A stretch of 59,392 nucleotides of DNA, the filler included, from Sphacelaria rigidula (lineage: Eukaryota): assembly GCA_964200075.2 (NCBI GenBank). It is 8 parts of 8 records of this genome, joined end to end, with 100 filler letters (N's around TTAATTAATTAA, not from the genome) between each part and the next. Parts side by side here need not be neighbours in the genome. Positions count along the whole stretch, not along the records: positions 1 to 7,337 come from CAXNAA020015375.1; positions 7,438 to 14,774 come from CAXNAA020015376.1; 6 more parts are not named here. One strand, 5' to 3'. The position numbers and the translations under genes were made by a program. The notes beneath the pieces are model-generated. The model saw only the letters and a program-made list of their open reading frames with translations, ran no database searches and was not told the DNA's origin. Shown piece by piece: positions 1-11,133 of the stretch (the first letter of the stretch is position 1; each line of letters starts with the position of its first letter).

Positions 1-248
1 GAGAGCTGTAGCTTCTAGGTGTGACTTCCCCGATTTCAGCAGTGGTTTCGGAATGACCTACAACGTAGCAGAAGCAGAGTTATGGCCGTCTGACGGATTG
101 ACAGTGTCTTGGTCGGCCCAGCTTGTACAGAGGTGGGAAATCGCTACACAGTCTGTGCGTCGTCGACACGACCCTCGCCCACAGAGAAAAAATAGACTCA
201 AGGAGCTGCTCTACACAGTTTCCCCCCCCCTTTTATTGTTCTCGTCGA

Positions 249-345
249 CCCTTACACGGCGAGAGTACGTCATCTGTCGAATCGGCATCAATTTCACTCG
301 AAAAAATTATGATCTAGATGGACAAACCCTCTCGCCGTCTAGGGG
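249..345. mobile_element. ~97-bp piggyBac-type MITE, inverted copy of 48574-48671
   Basis: Termini CCCTTACACGGCGAGAG...CTCTCGCCGTCTAGGGG, flanks TCGA/TTGA (degenerate TTAA). Aligns end to end with the reverse complement of 48574-48671. Confidence 0.7.
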
Positions 346-467
346 TTGAGGAAGGAGCAAGCCTAACTTTACCTCTTACCCAACGAATAGGTTCGTGTGC
401 CGATTACTAGGATTCACACTTATTCCGTGTCGGATATGGAACTAGCATGAACCCCCTCCTGCCACCC

Positions 468-732
468 ATCTCTGGAAGTGGCGGCACCACAAAATGAAGC
501 AACTGATTTGAGGCTGTCGTTCATGTGCAACACGATCAGTACGCTTCGGATCGAACAATCTCAGCAGGATGCAGCTCATCTTTCATGCGTCTCGCCGAAA
601 ATATCGTGACGCTTCGCGCTTGATGATTGACTGGGAGCCTGGTCCGGCGAAAAACCCGGCGTGGTCCGTCCCCACTTTCTAGGGATGCAAGGCCAATGGA
701 CTCACGTTCACGCCTTGCAGTATAATGAGTAC
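468..732 (+). repeat. Interspersed repeat family B (SINE-like or LINE 3' part), ending GAGTAC plus C-rich tract
   Basis: Homologous to 2190-2653, 7800-8300, 9276-9371(-), 37185-37331 and 51600-51888; shared motifs TGGCGATACCAGAAAATGA, CTTCATGCGACTCGCCGAA, AGCCTGGTCCGGCGA. Confidence 0.8.
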
Positions 733-758
733 ATTCCCCTCCCTCCCCTCCCCGTCCC

Positions 759-795
759 AATGGTCAAACGACTAAGGCAAGCAACAAATGAGTAC
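759..795 (+). repeat. 5'-truncated family A repeat (LINE 3'-end module) inserted in the C tract after a family B copy
   Basis: AATGGTCAAACGACTAAGGCAAGCAACAAATGAGTAC flanked on both sides by similar C-rich tracts. Confidence 0.75.
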
Positions 796-1143
796 GCCCC
801 CCCCCCCCGCCCCGCCCCAAATTTGCATCTTCATGGACAATGCTTTTGACAATGCTACCACGGGAGACTGGCTGGAGTATCGCGGGCGCCGTGTCGGTGC
901 TTTAGATGGGGTCTGGGTTCGTGGGTGTAGTGCGGAGCGTACGTAGGTGGATAGCTTTGATCGTGAAAGACAATCTGCGTGAATGCTGTTCTTTCCACAG
1001 TTTACTTGAATCTCCCAGCAAAAACAAGCGCCGAAAAATAAAAATAATAATAATAATAGAGTTGAACCATAGGTCTCGAAACGGCATGGACACTCAAGAA
1101 GTTTAGGTCGCAATACAGCGCGAAGTCGTCAACATACACATTC

Positions 1144-1577
1144 TCGTTGGAACACGGGACTTTACGAATTTGGGATGGATTTTTTTATTGATTATGAGAA
1201 CCCGGACAATTCAAATCTTCTTATCCACACCAAATCTTCGAACTATCGTGTTCCATTCCTCCACCTACTGGTGGCTGTTGACAACTACTACACACCATAC
1301 AAATTTGGATCATGATCACCGACATGTTGGGGTCCCAGGTGTGAGAAGCAATTGTGGGGAGTTTTGGTGATCCGATTGGACATGAAATTGGTTTTTCACC
1401 TAGGGCCCCAACATTTCGGTCATCGAACTCCAATTTTGTATGGCGAGTAGTAGTTGACAATAGATACCAGCAAGTGAAAAAATGGAACCATATTTCGAAT
1501 ATTTAGTGTGGATATTAAAATTTCATCTGTCCGGGTTCTCATCCCCAATTTGTAAAATCCCGTGTTTTAGCCAACGA
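1144..1577. mobile_element. Foldback/MITE-like element with ~200-bp imperfect TIRs
   Basis: About 1144-1345 is the reverse complement of about 1395-1577 (ATGAGAACCCGGACA / TGTCCGGGTTCTCAT; ATGTTGGGGTCCCAGGTG / CACCTAGGGCCCCAACAT). The right half recurs at about 58640-58865. Confidence 0.75.
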
Positions 1578-2189
1578 CGTCAGAGAAACATCACGGGGAG
1601 GAGCAGCGGTGGTGTTGGTACAAGATGCTTCGTGATAAAATTCTGAGCGGTTGTAGTGCGAGTCTCGGGCTTCTTATTCCACCATCTCTCTTCACGCATG
1701 GAGTACGGTGCTGTCTGCAGTGTCCAGCTCTCAAATCAAACGCCATACAAACATGCATGCATACATACATACGTACATGAATACCTACACGTAGGGCAGC
1801 CCACCATAATCAAATGCCACCTCTACACTATTCAAACATCACAGGATAAAGATGACAAAAAACCCAGGCATACATCCTCAAAAAGCATAGTTCAGTCTTG
1901 TGACTAGCATAACGTCACGGTAGGGGGGGAAGGGCGGGGTGGGGGGTAGGGAGGTTGACTAGTTTTCCTCCCGAGAATAAATGGAAAATATCTGACGTTG
2001 CTCGAGGCAGAAAGAAATTCCTGAAATCGACTCAACGTCAATATCTCGCGACACGGCTTTTGGGGGCTTGACAGCGCTTCACCCGGATCAAGTACACGCA
2101 CTTATGGTTCGTAGTTTGTATCCCACACTCACGAACCTCTTGCTTCGGGCGACGATTTACTTTCCCTCCCACACCCCTTTCCTCACGAA

Positions 2190-2653
2190 GTCAAGGTTGG
2201 CGTCGGTTGGCAACGACGCTCTAAAACACGCCACTCGCCGAGTAAGCTAGGCAACCAGGTTACAAATTGAACTTCCGCTTGCGTTTTTATTCGCGGTAAC
2301 CACGATGGTGGTCGAGCTAGACCATGTTATGCGGAGTTGAGAACTTGAACTCCGCGCGGAGGAGATGATCGCACCACGTAGTGTTGAAATAGCTGGACAC
2401 CCGAGAGGCGGTGTAACTCGTGGCTGTTTCTGGAAGTGGCGATACCAGAAAATGAGGCATGTCATTCGAGGTTGTCATCCATACGCAAGAAAATCAGTAC
2501 GCTTCGGGCCGAAAAATCAAAGTAGGATGCAGATCACACTTCATGCGACTCGCCGAACGCACATCACGGCGAGGACCCGGCGTGCTCCGTTCCGGCTGTG
2601 TAGGGATGCTAGGTCAATAGCCTCATGACTACATCATGCAGAATCGTAAGTAC
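2190..2653 (+). repeat. Family B repeat, long copy
   Basis: Colinear with 7800-8300 including the 5' extension AAACACGCCACTC...GATGGTGGTCGAGCTAGA; ends AAGTAC plus C-rich tract. Confidence 0.8.
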
Positions 2654-2928
2654 ACCCTCCTCCCCTCCCCTTTGTTTCTCGTCCCCAGGAGACAGGTAGG
2701 AAGCTTCATCATGCACTTCGCCATGTCTAGTTTCGTGCAGCGCATTCGAGTGCCCCCCACCCGCCCTATCTTTCGTACCCAGCCCTTGGGCTGAATAGTC
2801 ATTGAGAGTCGGATGTACGGGTAGGCACGAAGGTGGGAGTGCCCCCCGTAGTCTCGAGCTTGGAAATATCCCTCTTCCTCATCGAGGTAGGGCCATTCTC
2901 ACCGAGCAAACCTCCCTAAATGTCCCCT

Positions 2929-2978
2929 AACTCGACTCCGTACACGAGTCATCAACTCGACTCCGTACACGAGTCATC
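2929..2978. repeat. Perfect 25-bp tandem duplication
   Basis: AACTCGACTCCGTACACGAGTCATC twice. Confidence 0.9.
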
Positions 2979-3048
2979 CCACCCACCCGGGCGCAGGTCT
3001 TCTACACCCTTCTCCCTTCCCCTAGAGTGTGATGGCATGGTTCATTAC

Positions 3049-3248
3049 CTGCTTCGCCATCCCGTAGCTAAAGAAGACCCCAGCGTTGTGCGCCATGGCG
3101 CCTAGCAGGGGTGATGCCGCCCCGGCGTAGAGTCCCTTGATCCCTTCCCTCGCCCATGTTTTCTTGAAGCAGTCCGCCATGCCCGTGAATTCTGGGTTCG
3201 TGCTGGATTGTGTCTGCAGTCGAACCTTGATTGTGTCGAGCGGGTGTC
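3049..3248 (-). CDS. Mitochondrial carrier (SLC25/MCF, carnitine-acylcarnitine or ornithine carrier-like), exon 2; further exons not found in this scaffold
   Basis: HPLDTIKVRLQ (PxDxxKxR signature)...CFKKTWAREGIKGLYAGAASPL...FFSYG. Acceptor ctcag and donor gtaatg; phase 1 joins exon 1 (G|GA). Confidence 0.93.
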
Positions 3249-4124
3249 CTGAGCGCGCGCACGTTTGATTTTTTTTTTTTCGGGGGCGGGGGGGACGGGG
3301 GACGGGGGAAGGGTTATTTTCCAAAAAAATATGGTTTTTGTTTATTCGTAAGTACTGGTAGTGTTCGCGTTGTGTGTACGCGAGTTCGATCGTGAATAAA
3401 ATTCATGGTGCTTGTACATTTTTTACTGCTTACATAAAAATAGGGTTTGGATATTCGAATCTTGATGGGGCTCGCCAGGGTGCACACCAGGGGTCCCTGC
3501 TCAAATTGGCGCCTGCGGCGTAAATTCAGGGACTCCCAAGGCACGTCTTGCCTGGGCAACCCCACGTACGCACGCACCCCGGGTTCTCTACTTGCCTTGG
3601 TGTTGCGTGTGGGTCGGTCAGGCGGGGCCAAGTTCGAGGTTCAGCAGTGCCGGCGTGCGTGTCGAATGTGAGACCATTTTGACGACGAACTCCCACGTAA
3701 AACTCATGGAATGAGAGACAGTGATCCGAGAAACACGGTTGCCGGGGTGGATTATGCCTGTAGACAGGTGTGCTCCAAGTGTCTCAGGATATCGCCCGGT
3801 CCCATGCACAAACCCAACATACAACGCAGGCTTGGCGATTGCCGTGCGGGGTTACCGATGGTGGTGCGTTTTTCTTGTTTCTTGTGCATACAGTACATAC
3901 ATCGTTAAAAAGAGTTTTGGTCTGGAGCTGTCAAGCTGGTGGTGTTGTCGCCACCCATTGCTCCTTCCCGCTTGTTTCAACAGTATACAGACAGTAGAAA
4001 CAGGGCGGCGTGGGGAAAAACGTGAGAGTGAAATGAATTCAACATATCATTTCGACACGAGGCTTGGAACGTGGCAAAAAAGTTGAATGGTTGACTGGTC
4101 GCCTAGTTCGCAATTATTACAGTC

Positions 4125-4293
4125 GAGAGTTTCGGAAAACGCTTTTATTTGTCATTTCAGAGTGCAAATATCTCAGGATCAGACTGCAGAATAAAAAAAA
4201 AGTAGTTGAAAAAAAGTAGCATTTTTTTCGTTAAACTTTCATCCTGAGATATTTGCACTCTGAAATGACAAAAAAAGCGTTTCCGACACTCTC
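4125..4293. mobile_element. MITE with ~55-bp TIRs, in carrier intron 1
   Basis: GAGAGTTTCGGAAAACGC...GTCATTTCAGAGTGCAAATATCTCAGGAT and its inverse; second copy at 40709-40909. Confidence 0.8.
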
Positions 4294-4803
4294 TAATTCC
4301 TTCACGCCTCTGGGACGTCGAGCCGCTCTTTTCGAGGATAATCCGTTTCTCGGAACAAATCATGTTGGGAACAGCACTTCCTTGACACGAAAACAGGTGA
4401 AAAATCTGTCCAACATGAGAGAAGAGAACAAAGACAAAGGAGCCAGCCTCCTCGAGATGAAATGTTCCATTTTGATGCCCGAAAAAAAAACACAGGCGAA
4501 GAAACATGAACCTTTTCTTGGGGGTGCTGCAATTCGCCGCCACCTCATGGTGTGCTGATAGGGCGGACCACGTTGTCTTGTGGTGGGACGCCGGGCCCAG
4601 AGTGCATGGCAAGTGGATGGTACCCATAACGCCGAAGCAGCTCGTTCACCCATTTCCATTGAGAGGGAGGGATTGAAGAAACATGCGAACGAGTGAGAAA
4701 GTTCCACTCGGCGAAGCAAGCGCCAGGAGACCGCGAACCCGCCGCCGAAGGGAAACACGCGTCAAATTTCAAATTTGCTATCCCAATCTGTAGTATTAAT
4801 TGA

Positions 4804-4885
4804 GGCATCTCAAACTCCAGGTTCCTCGATACGTTTGACTGTGATCTAATCTGAAATATATCGGGAACCTCGAGTTTGAGATACC
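4804..4885. repeat. 82-bp inverted repeat (mini-MITE or hairpin)
   Basis: GGCATCTCAAACTCCAGGTTCCTCGATA / TATCGGGAACCTCGAGTTTGAGATACC. Confidence 0.65.
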
Positions 4886-6573
4886 GTCACGAGGTACGAG
4901 TCGTATTAGTGTCTAAAAACATTACAACCCGCCTGATGCACAATCCCCCGCATGGCGGCATGTTTGCTTGTATGCAAAGCCCAGTTTCGTGCTGCATCTA
5001 CTCTTCACCGACTGTTCCGCGGTGCGTGATCGCACCAACGGCTCGTGGGAGAAAAAATGCAACCTGCGTTGTGCTCATGACTTTCATTGCGTCACAGTCC
5101 ACTTCCACCTTCGTACTGTGATAACGAAACAACACCAGCGGTGTTGCTGGCGGGACGTTCGGTTTTCGGAACTATTCCCCCGCTGCCCTCTTTCGCTATC
5201 CTCGGGGAATTTTACAATTCAGCTCCCCCTCTTCACCACTGTTGTGACGCCAGAGTAATACCGCCGATGCAGCAGTACAGTACAGGGGTATCGTTCGCAG
5301 CAATTTGTCGAGATATATTAGCAAATAAAGTGTATTTTGTCGGGATAACTGGCTAGGTCTTGTTCTTCGAGCAGGCTCGTGGTTTCAGAAAAGCAGTCGA
5401 CCGGAGGCGTGTTTAATTTACTTTGTTCCAGGAGGAACAGAAGAAAATCGCCCCGCACAGGTGAACCCAGTCATGAAACATGTCGCTCCCTCGGTCAGCT
5501 GTACGGTCTGTCCGTACTTTCCCGCGGAGAGGAAATACATAGATGGAAGATATCACTTGTACGATACACGGGTGCTGCACGGTCTCTTCTACTTGGGCTG
5601 CACGGCACAGAGAGTAAGTAGTACAGTAGTATACGGGGGAAGCTTGACGCATCATGTGCTTCGGACGCAGAGGTCAACGGCGCTGTTGTCTGTGTGCTGC
5701 AGTGCGTACGTATGTGCGTACAAGCGCAAGACCTTGGATAGTACAGGCAGTGCACCAATTGAACAGCACCTACAACACAGTGAAGTTGGAGACAACAGCG
5801 CGGTATAGCATGTCAGGTCAGTATCGCGCATGGAAGCAGTGAAGTCAGTGGGGAATGAGTTAAGTCATACACGTAGGACCCGATACAACATATCTAATGT
5901 CACCGGCCACCACTACGGTTGTACCACTGTATTACTGTGCCGTACCTTACGGCAGTTATACCGACCATCAGAGGTACATTAGTGTGAAGGTCACCACGTA
6001 CTCTGATCAGGCGTGACTACAGCAGCCGACTGTGAGCTGCTGCGTACTATACCTCAAGACAACACCGTAGTTGCGCATGTCTTTGGCTACTCATGTGCAA
6101 CAAATCTCTCACCGACGTGGATGTAGTGCATGTTGTAAGAGAACAATCAACCCATCAAGATTTCCATCACGCACACGGCCGCTGCAGCCAGGCTTAACGT
6201 GGCCTGGTTTGCAATATAGCCGTGAGTGCACAGCAGTACAGACACCTAATTTCCACATGAAGCTGACTGTATGTACAGAAGAATCGCTCAGCACAGACGG
6301 ACTGAAGAGGGCGCCACATGCACACACGTCCACCTAAGCCCCCTACGCTCCCGGAAACGCACCCCAGCAAAGGTAAGCACAGGACATGCCCTCATCATGA
6401 GAGCTACGGTAGAGCGATGTGTTGCGTCGTTTTTGTCGGCCGGCTCGGCTGAAATTTCAGGAAGCTTTCAGAGAAGTACCACCAATCATGAACAGAGGAG
6501 AGGGGGAGGCAGAGGGAGCGATAGAGAGCTGAGAGCCTGTCGTCCAACCCCGAAAAACAGTAGTTATACTTAC

Positions 6574-6658
6574 CGACTGCGACTTGAGCAAAGCCAGCCA
6601 CCGTCCCCGACATGATGTCCTTGAGCGCACTGCCCCCCTCGCCGCCGCCGCCCCCCAT
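6574..6658 (-). CDS. Mitochondrial carrier, exon 1
   Basis: ATG at 6658-6656; MGGGGGEGGSALKDIMSGTVAGFAQVAV-G, a typical first MCF helix; GTAAGT donor; splices in frame to 3248. Confidence 0.92.
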
Positions 6659-7337
6659 GGTGCTGCTGTTCTAGGCTCTCGAGAAGACAGACCGCCCTTT
6701 CCTTTTTCGGCTTTAGATTGCCGTGTGCTCCAGCAATCTGTGTAGAAACGTCACTGTGCTCGACAAAACAGTTGTACAGTGGTGACCGTAGTTGTAGCTC
6801 GAATCTGTGAGCACAATAGAAAGGATCGAGGCTACGATTTGGAGGGTACTTAGTATCTAGGCCAGATGGTGTTGTTGTGCCGCGGGGGGTGTCTTAGCGC
6901 TTCACTCACGTCTAAGAGTTCGTGCGTTTTACGCTGTACCCTAGAATGACTCAAAAAGGTACAGCATATCTACGTAGATCCATATATACGTATTTTGTTT
7001 GGAAGACGGATACTCACGACGTAGCAGACAGTGTGTCCGCCATCGGCTACGGTCAGCAGAGACAAAGACTGATGAACGATTAAGATAGGCGGCAATTGAT
7101 GCGATTACTTTAATAGAAGCAGTTAATATGTACCACATTCTGCCACAATTCTCTGGTAACTCCGGGCTCAATCTTTGTGCTGACGCCCTCCTCCCCCCGC
7201 AACACAAACTTGCACGGTTAGGACAAATAATGATTCGTCAGGAAATCACTTGGTTTTACTATGATAAGTTGACTCGTGATGAATGAATCCCCATGATTCA
7301 TTTCAGCGTTCCAATCCAGGTACACCCACTCGGCGCA

Positions 7338-7437
7338 NNNNNNNNNNNNNNNNNNNNNNNNNNNNNNNNNNNNNNNNNNNNTTAATTAATTAANNNNNNN
7401 NNNNNNNNNNNNNNNNNNNNNNNNNNNNNNNNNNNNN
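7338..7437. other. Artificial scaffold linker N44-TTAATTAATTAA-N44; also at 14775-14874, 22212-22311, 29649-29748, 37085-37184, 44521-44620, 51957-52056
   Basis: Identical 100-nt spacers with a six-frame stop core separate segments of 7337 or 7336 bp. Confidence 0.98.
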
Positions 7438-7799
7438 GGCCCCTCAATTTCGTCTGCCCTCCCGGCCCCCCCCCCCCCGCCCAGGGGGGGTGGGTGGCGA
7501 GGGGGGGGGGGGGGGGGGGGGGGGGGTTGATTCCACGAGCAACAGGGGGTCACAGGTGTGTCAGACGACCTGACTACTCGCGGTTCGTTTGTGCTTGAGA
7601 TAAAATTGTGTTGAGTGGCTTATCGGTAGCAAGCGCGCTCGAACAACCGTTACTGCTATCTTAGGCGGTTTGAGGTGGAATTTCGCGGAAGAAATTATCC
7701 ATGATACGCCCCCCCCCGCGCGCGCACACGCACACCTATCGTAGCCTGGTCCGGCGAAAACCGGCGTATTCCGTCTCGGCTTCGCAGGGGCGGAACTCC

Positions 7800-8300
7800 G
7801 ATGGGGTTGACGTCGGTTGGGAATGACGCTGTTAAACACGCCACTCACTGCGTAAGCAAGGCAACCAGGTTCCCGTATTTTCTTGCGCGCTTGCGTTTTT
7901 TTTGCGGTAACCGTGATGGTGGTCGAGCTAGATCATATTGTGCGGGGTGAGGGAACCTCAACTCCGCTCAAAGGGCATGATTATATTAGGAGTGCTTAAA
8001 TCGTGAGACGCCCATGAGGCAGTATGTAAGCCGTGGCTGCCTCTGAAAGTGGCGATACCAGAAAATGAAGCAACTCATTGAAGGCTGTCATCCACAGCAA
8101 GATAACGAGTACGCTTTTGGCCCGAAAAATCTTAGCAGGATGCAGCCCACCCTTCATGCGACTCACCGAACACACCACGGCGCTTCGCGCTTGGTGATTG
8201 AGTGCGAGCCTGGTCCGGCGAGAACCCGGCGTGCTCCGTCCCGGCTTTGTAGGGATACCAGGTCACTGGTCAAATGACTGACGTCCAATATCATGAGTAC
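7800..8300 (+). repeat. Family B repeat, long copy
   Basis: Aligns with 2190-2653 and 468-732; ends ATCATGAGTAC-ACCCCC. Confidence 0.8.
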
Positions 8301-8536
8301 ACCCCCTATCGTAGCATCACTCAGAGTACGCGGTAGGTATAAGAGTAGCGATGTAAAGTGGGGCAGGGGAGTGACGGACTCACGGTGGAGTCTGAGCAAG
8401 GAACTCATGAGTCGTGTACATACGAGCGTTGTATAGGTGAGGTTTGAAATATGTTTTTATCTTCCCGGCTCTTCCCGTTTCTTCCCCCGCCGTGTGTCCG
8501 TGTGTTGATTGCATCGGATCATCTTGCGAATCCAAG

Positions 8537-8713
8537 ATTCAACGAATGCATCGAGCCGTACACGAGCAATCTTTACGCTCGGCGAGTCAAGGCGGGCGAG
8601 TTCATCGTGGTCAATCCGCACTTGTTCCATGACCTCATGAAAATGGGCCTGTGGAGTCCGTCGGTGCGGAATCAGCTCATGGCTAGCGGTGGCAGTGTGG
8701 CGAATATTGAAGG
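8537..8713 (+). CDS. RNR1: Ribonucleotide reductase class Ia large subunit, internal exon; upstream exons outside this scaffold
   Basis: FNECIEPYTSNLYARRVKAGEFIVVNPHL...LW...GSVANIEG matches the conserved R1 NECFEPYTSNIY-RR-GEF-VN-HL block; aag acceptor, gtgag donor, phase 2. Confidence 0.93.
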
Positions 8714-8881
8714 GTGAGCAGCTGCGCGGGGTAGAGCGTACGTGGATGAACGCGAGCCATTATTGTTCTTCATGCCTTGTTCATGTTTCAATGCACGGTA
8801 CCGGTGCTGTGTGGATTGTGAGATGGCTGCTTCTGTTTTTATTTTATTTTGGGCGTTGTGGCTCTTCCCCGCATTTCAGCT

Positions 8882-8948
8882 CGTGCTCCGTCTCGAAAGG
8901 GAGGCGTGGTCAATGGTCAAACGACCAAGGCAAGCAGCGAATGAGTAC
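8882..8948 (+). repeat. Family A repeat (~67-nt LINE 3'-end module), in RNR intron
   Basis: CGTGCTCCGTCTCGAAAGGGAGGCGTGGTCAATGGTCAAACGACCAAGGCAAGCAGCGAATGAGTAC followed by a C-rich tract. Confidence 0.8.
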
Positions 8949-9275
8949 GCCCTCCCACCAACACCCACCCCCGCTAGATNNNNNNNNNNCGGAAAGGGGG
9001 GGCGGGTCACTGGTAACACGCCCCAGGCACGCCGCGAAGGCAGACCCCCCCCCCCCCCCCCCCCCCCCCGCGCGCGTTTTTCGGGAGACAGAGAGCGTTG
9101 TTTATTCCGGGTTAGCTTCTATGTTGGATGTGATCTGTCGCACATGTCGTGTCTGGCCTACGACGCAAAACTTTCTTCAAGATTTGACTCTTCCTAACTA
9201 ACTGCATGTTTTTTTGTCCTCGTTTGTTATTTCTTCGGCGCTTTTGTTTATTCGTGTGTGGGGGGTGGGGGGTGT

Positions 9276-9371
9276 ACCCATGATCTTGCGTACCCTGGTC
9301 ATACGACCATGGACCTCGCATCCCTGCAAAGCCGAGACGAATCACACCGGGTTTTCGCTGAACCAGGCTCG
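9276..9371 (-). repeat. 5'-truncated family B repeat between similar G-rich direct repeats
   Basis: Reverse complement reads GAGCCTGGTTCAGCGAAAACCCGG...GGGATGCGAGGTCCATGGTCGTATGACC...GGGTAC. Flanks TCGTGTGTGGGGGTGGGGGG and TCGTGGGGGGGAGGGGG. Confidence 0.7.
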
Positions 9372-9846
9372 TGGGGGGGAGGGGGGCTCTTTCCACGTTC
9401 AAGTGTATACCTCGACTTGACGAACTGTCTACGCACACGAACGGATGAAACTTAGCTTTCACCGAAATATAGTGGTACTGTCCATTCGGCTGGCGGTATC
9501 GGGTACAACCGATGACAAAAATAGCCCTCAAGTGTGGAAAGCACGTTCCGAAACTTACTGGGGTCCCGCACCCCCGGTCCCCTGAATACAGTTTGCCTCC
9601 AATAACGGGTAGCTTGCGATAATAGCTCACGTGGTCCCTCCGAGAAATTTGATCCCTACGGCCAGTAGCCTCCTGTCTGTAGTCCTCACTGTAAGTTAGT
9701 GACTTTATGCTTCACCACCAGAGCACAAACGTGGCCGTCGCGGTAGTCGGTCTCACCTGGGAACATGAGTGTTCTCACTTGCTCCCTCCTGTTGCTATTG
9801 TACCTCGTGTGTGATCATCCGATATTGGCTTTTGTGTTGTGAGCAG

Positions 9847-9952
9847 CATCCCGCAGGAGATGAAGGACATTTACAAGACCGTGTGGGAGATCAAGATGAA
9901 GACCGTTATTGATCTCGCAGCTGACCGAGGAGCATTCGTAGATCAAAGCCAG
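9847..9952 (+). CDS. RNR1: Ribonucleotide reductase large subunit, penultimate exon
   Basis: [35 protein letters not shown]; cag acceptor, gtac donor; phases fit both neighbours. Missing from the ORF track. Confidence 0.95.
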
Positions 9953-10860
9953 GTACAAGAAAGAAAAAAATGAGCGATGACAGTGTAGCTTAGGGCAGAA
10001 AAACCTGGAGCGCTCGCCTTCGGATCTTCCGTGTATATATATATATATATACATATATAGATGAATTAATCGCTGAGCTCTGAAACTAAAACGAGAGCAA
10101 CTATAAAAGCATTCCTTTTCACGTCCGATAAAATGGATTATGACTGCTGTGTTGTCTCACTGGTTTTTGCGGCAAATTGAGTCTACTCACCAGTGTACGT
10201 GGGTTTTGGATTGGCTTCGTGAGGGTGATTCATGACGGTACAATATCTTTTTTTGGTTCCCGTATGATACCGTAACTGGCGTTCAAATCAATACACAGTG
10301 TTGTTACATTGGTATACACGGACTCAAGCGGACTGCTTTGGGATCAAACGGTTCAGCGTTTGATGTCCGAGATGGGTCGTCTACTCAAAAGAGGCATGCC
10401 TTTCACTCGAAAAATAGTAGAGATAAGTGGTGGATCCAAATCACTCACCCTGGCCGTCGATGAGTTTGTTAGCTGTAGATTAAGTGTCGAAGCGTCTTTT
10501 GCAGTTGCAGAAAACGAGCTGCAGACGAAGACGATAATTATCAAAGAAAACCGTTTCAACTTCGGCTGGCTCGTCGGGAAATTCGATACTTGATGTAGCT
10601 CCGACATCTATTTTGCATGCACATCAGCCCCTGTACCTATTTTAGACGCTCCCTTATGAACAATTACAGTGCGACAATCACTGAAGAAAAAAAAATTCTC
10701 AACGCGCGCGCTTCAAAATAGTTTGTTGATAAACTCAAGCCACCCTAATTCGAGATATTTTCATCTCTGAGTATTCCAAAATATTGAACAACTCACGCTT
10801 CCTTCCCCTGTCACATATCACCCCCCCCCCCTCCCTCACCCCTCACACACGCACGTGCAG

Positions 10861-11133
10861 AGCATGAACTTGTTCGTGCAAGCGCCAGACTACGGGCGAC
10901 TGACATCAATGCACTTCTACGCGTGGAAAAAGGGCTTAAAAACGGGCATGTATTACCTTAGAACCCGCCCAGCTGCGGACGCCATCCCCTTCACTGTAGA
11001 CCCTGCTGCCTCCAGCTTTTCTGGGGCGGGGGGCGGGGGTCGAGGAGGCGGTGATGGTGCTGCGGCCATGGGGGCAGCGTTTCCGAAGGAACGAGAGATT
11101 GTTGGTGAAGTCTGCATTTCTTGCCAAGGTTAA
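10861..11133 (+). CDS. RNR1: Ribonucleotide reductase large subunit, terminal exon
   Basis: SMNLF...[29 protein letters not shown] (radical-transfer YY pair), C-terminal CISC redox pair, TAA stop. Confidence 0.96.
   Translation, partial: SMNLFVQAPDYGRLTSMHFYAWKKGLKTGMYYLRTRPAADAIPFTVDPAASSFSGAGGGGRGGGDGAAAMGAAFPKEREIVGEVCISCQG

Noticed and set aside
7382..7393. Regularly spaced TTAATTAATTAA palindromes every ~7.4 kb
   Set aside because: Synthetic six-frame stop linker embedded in Ns.
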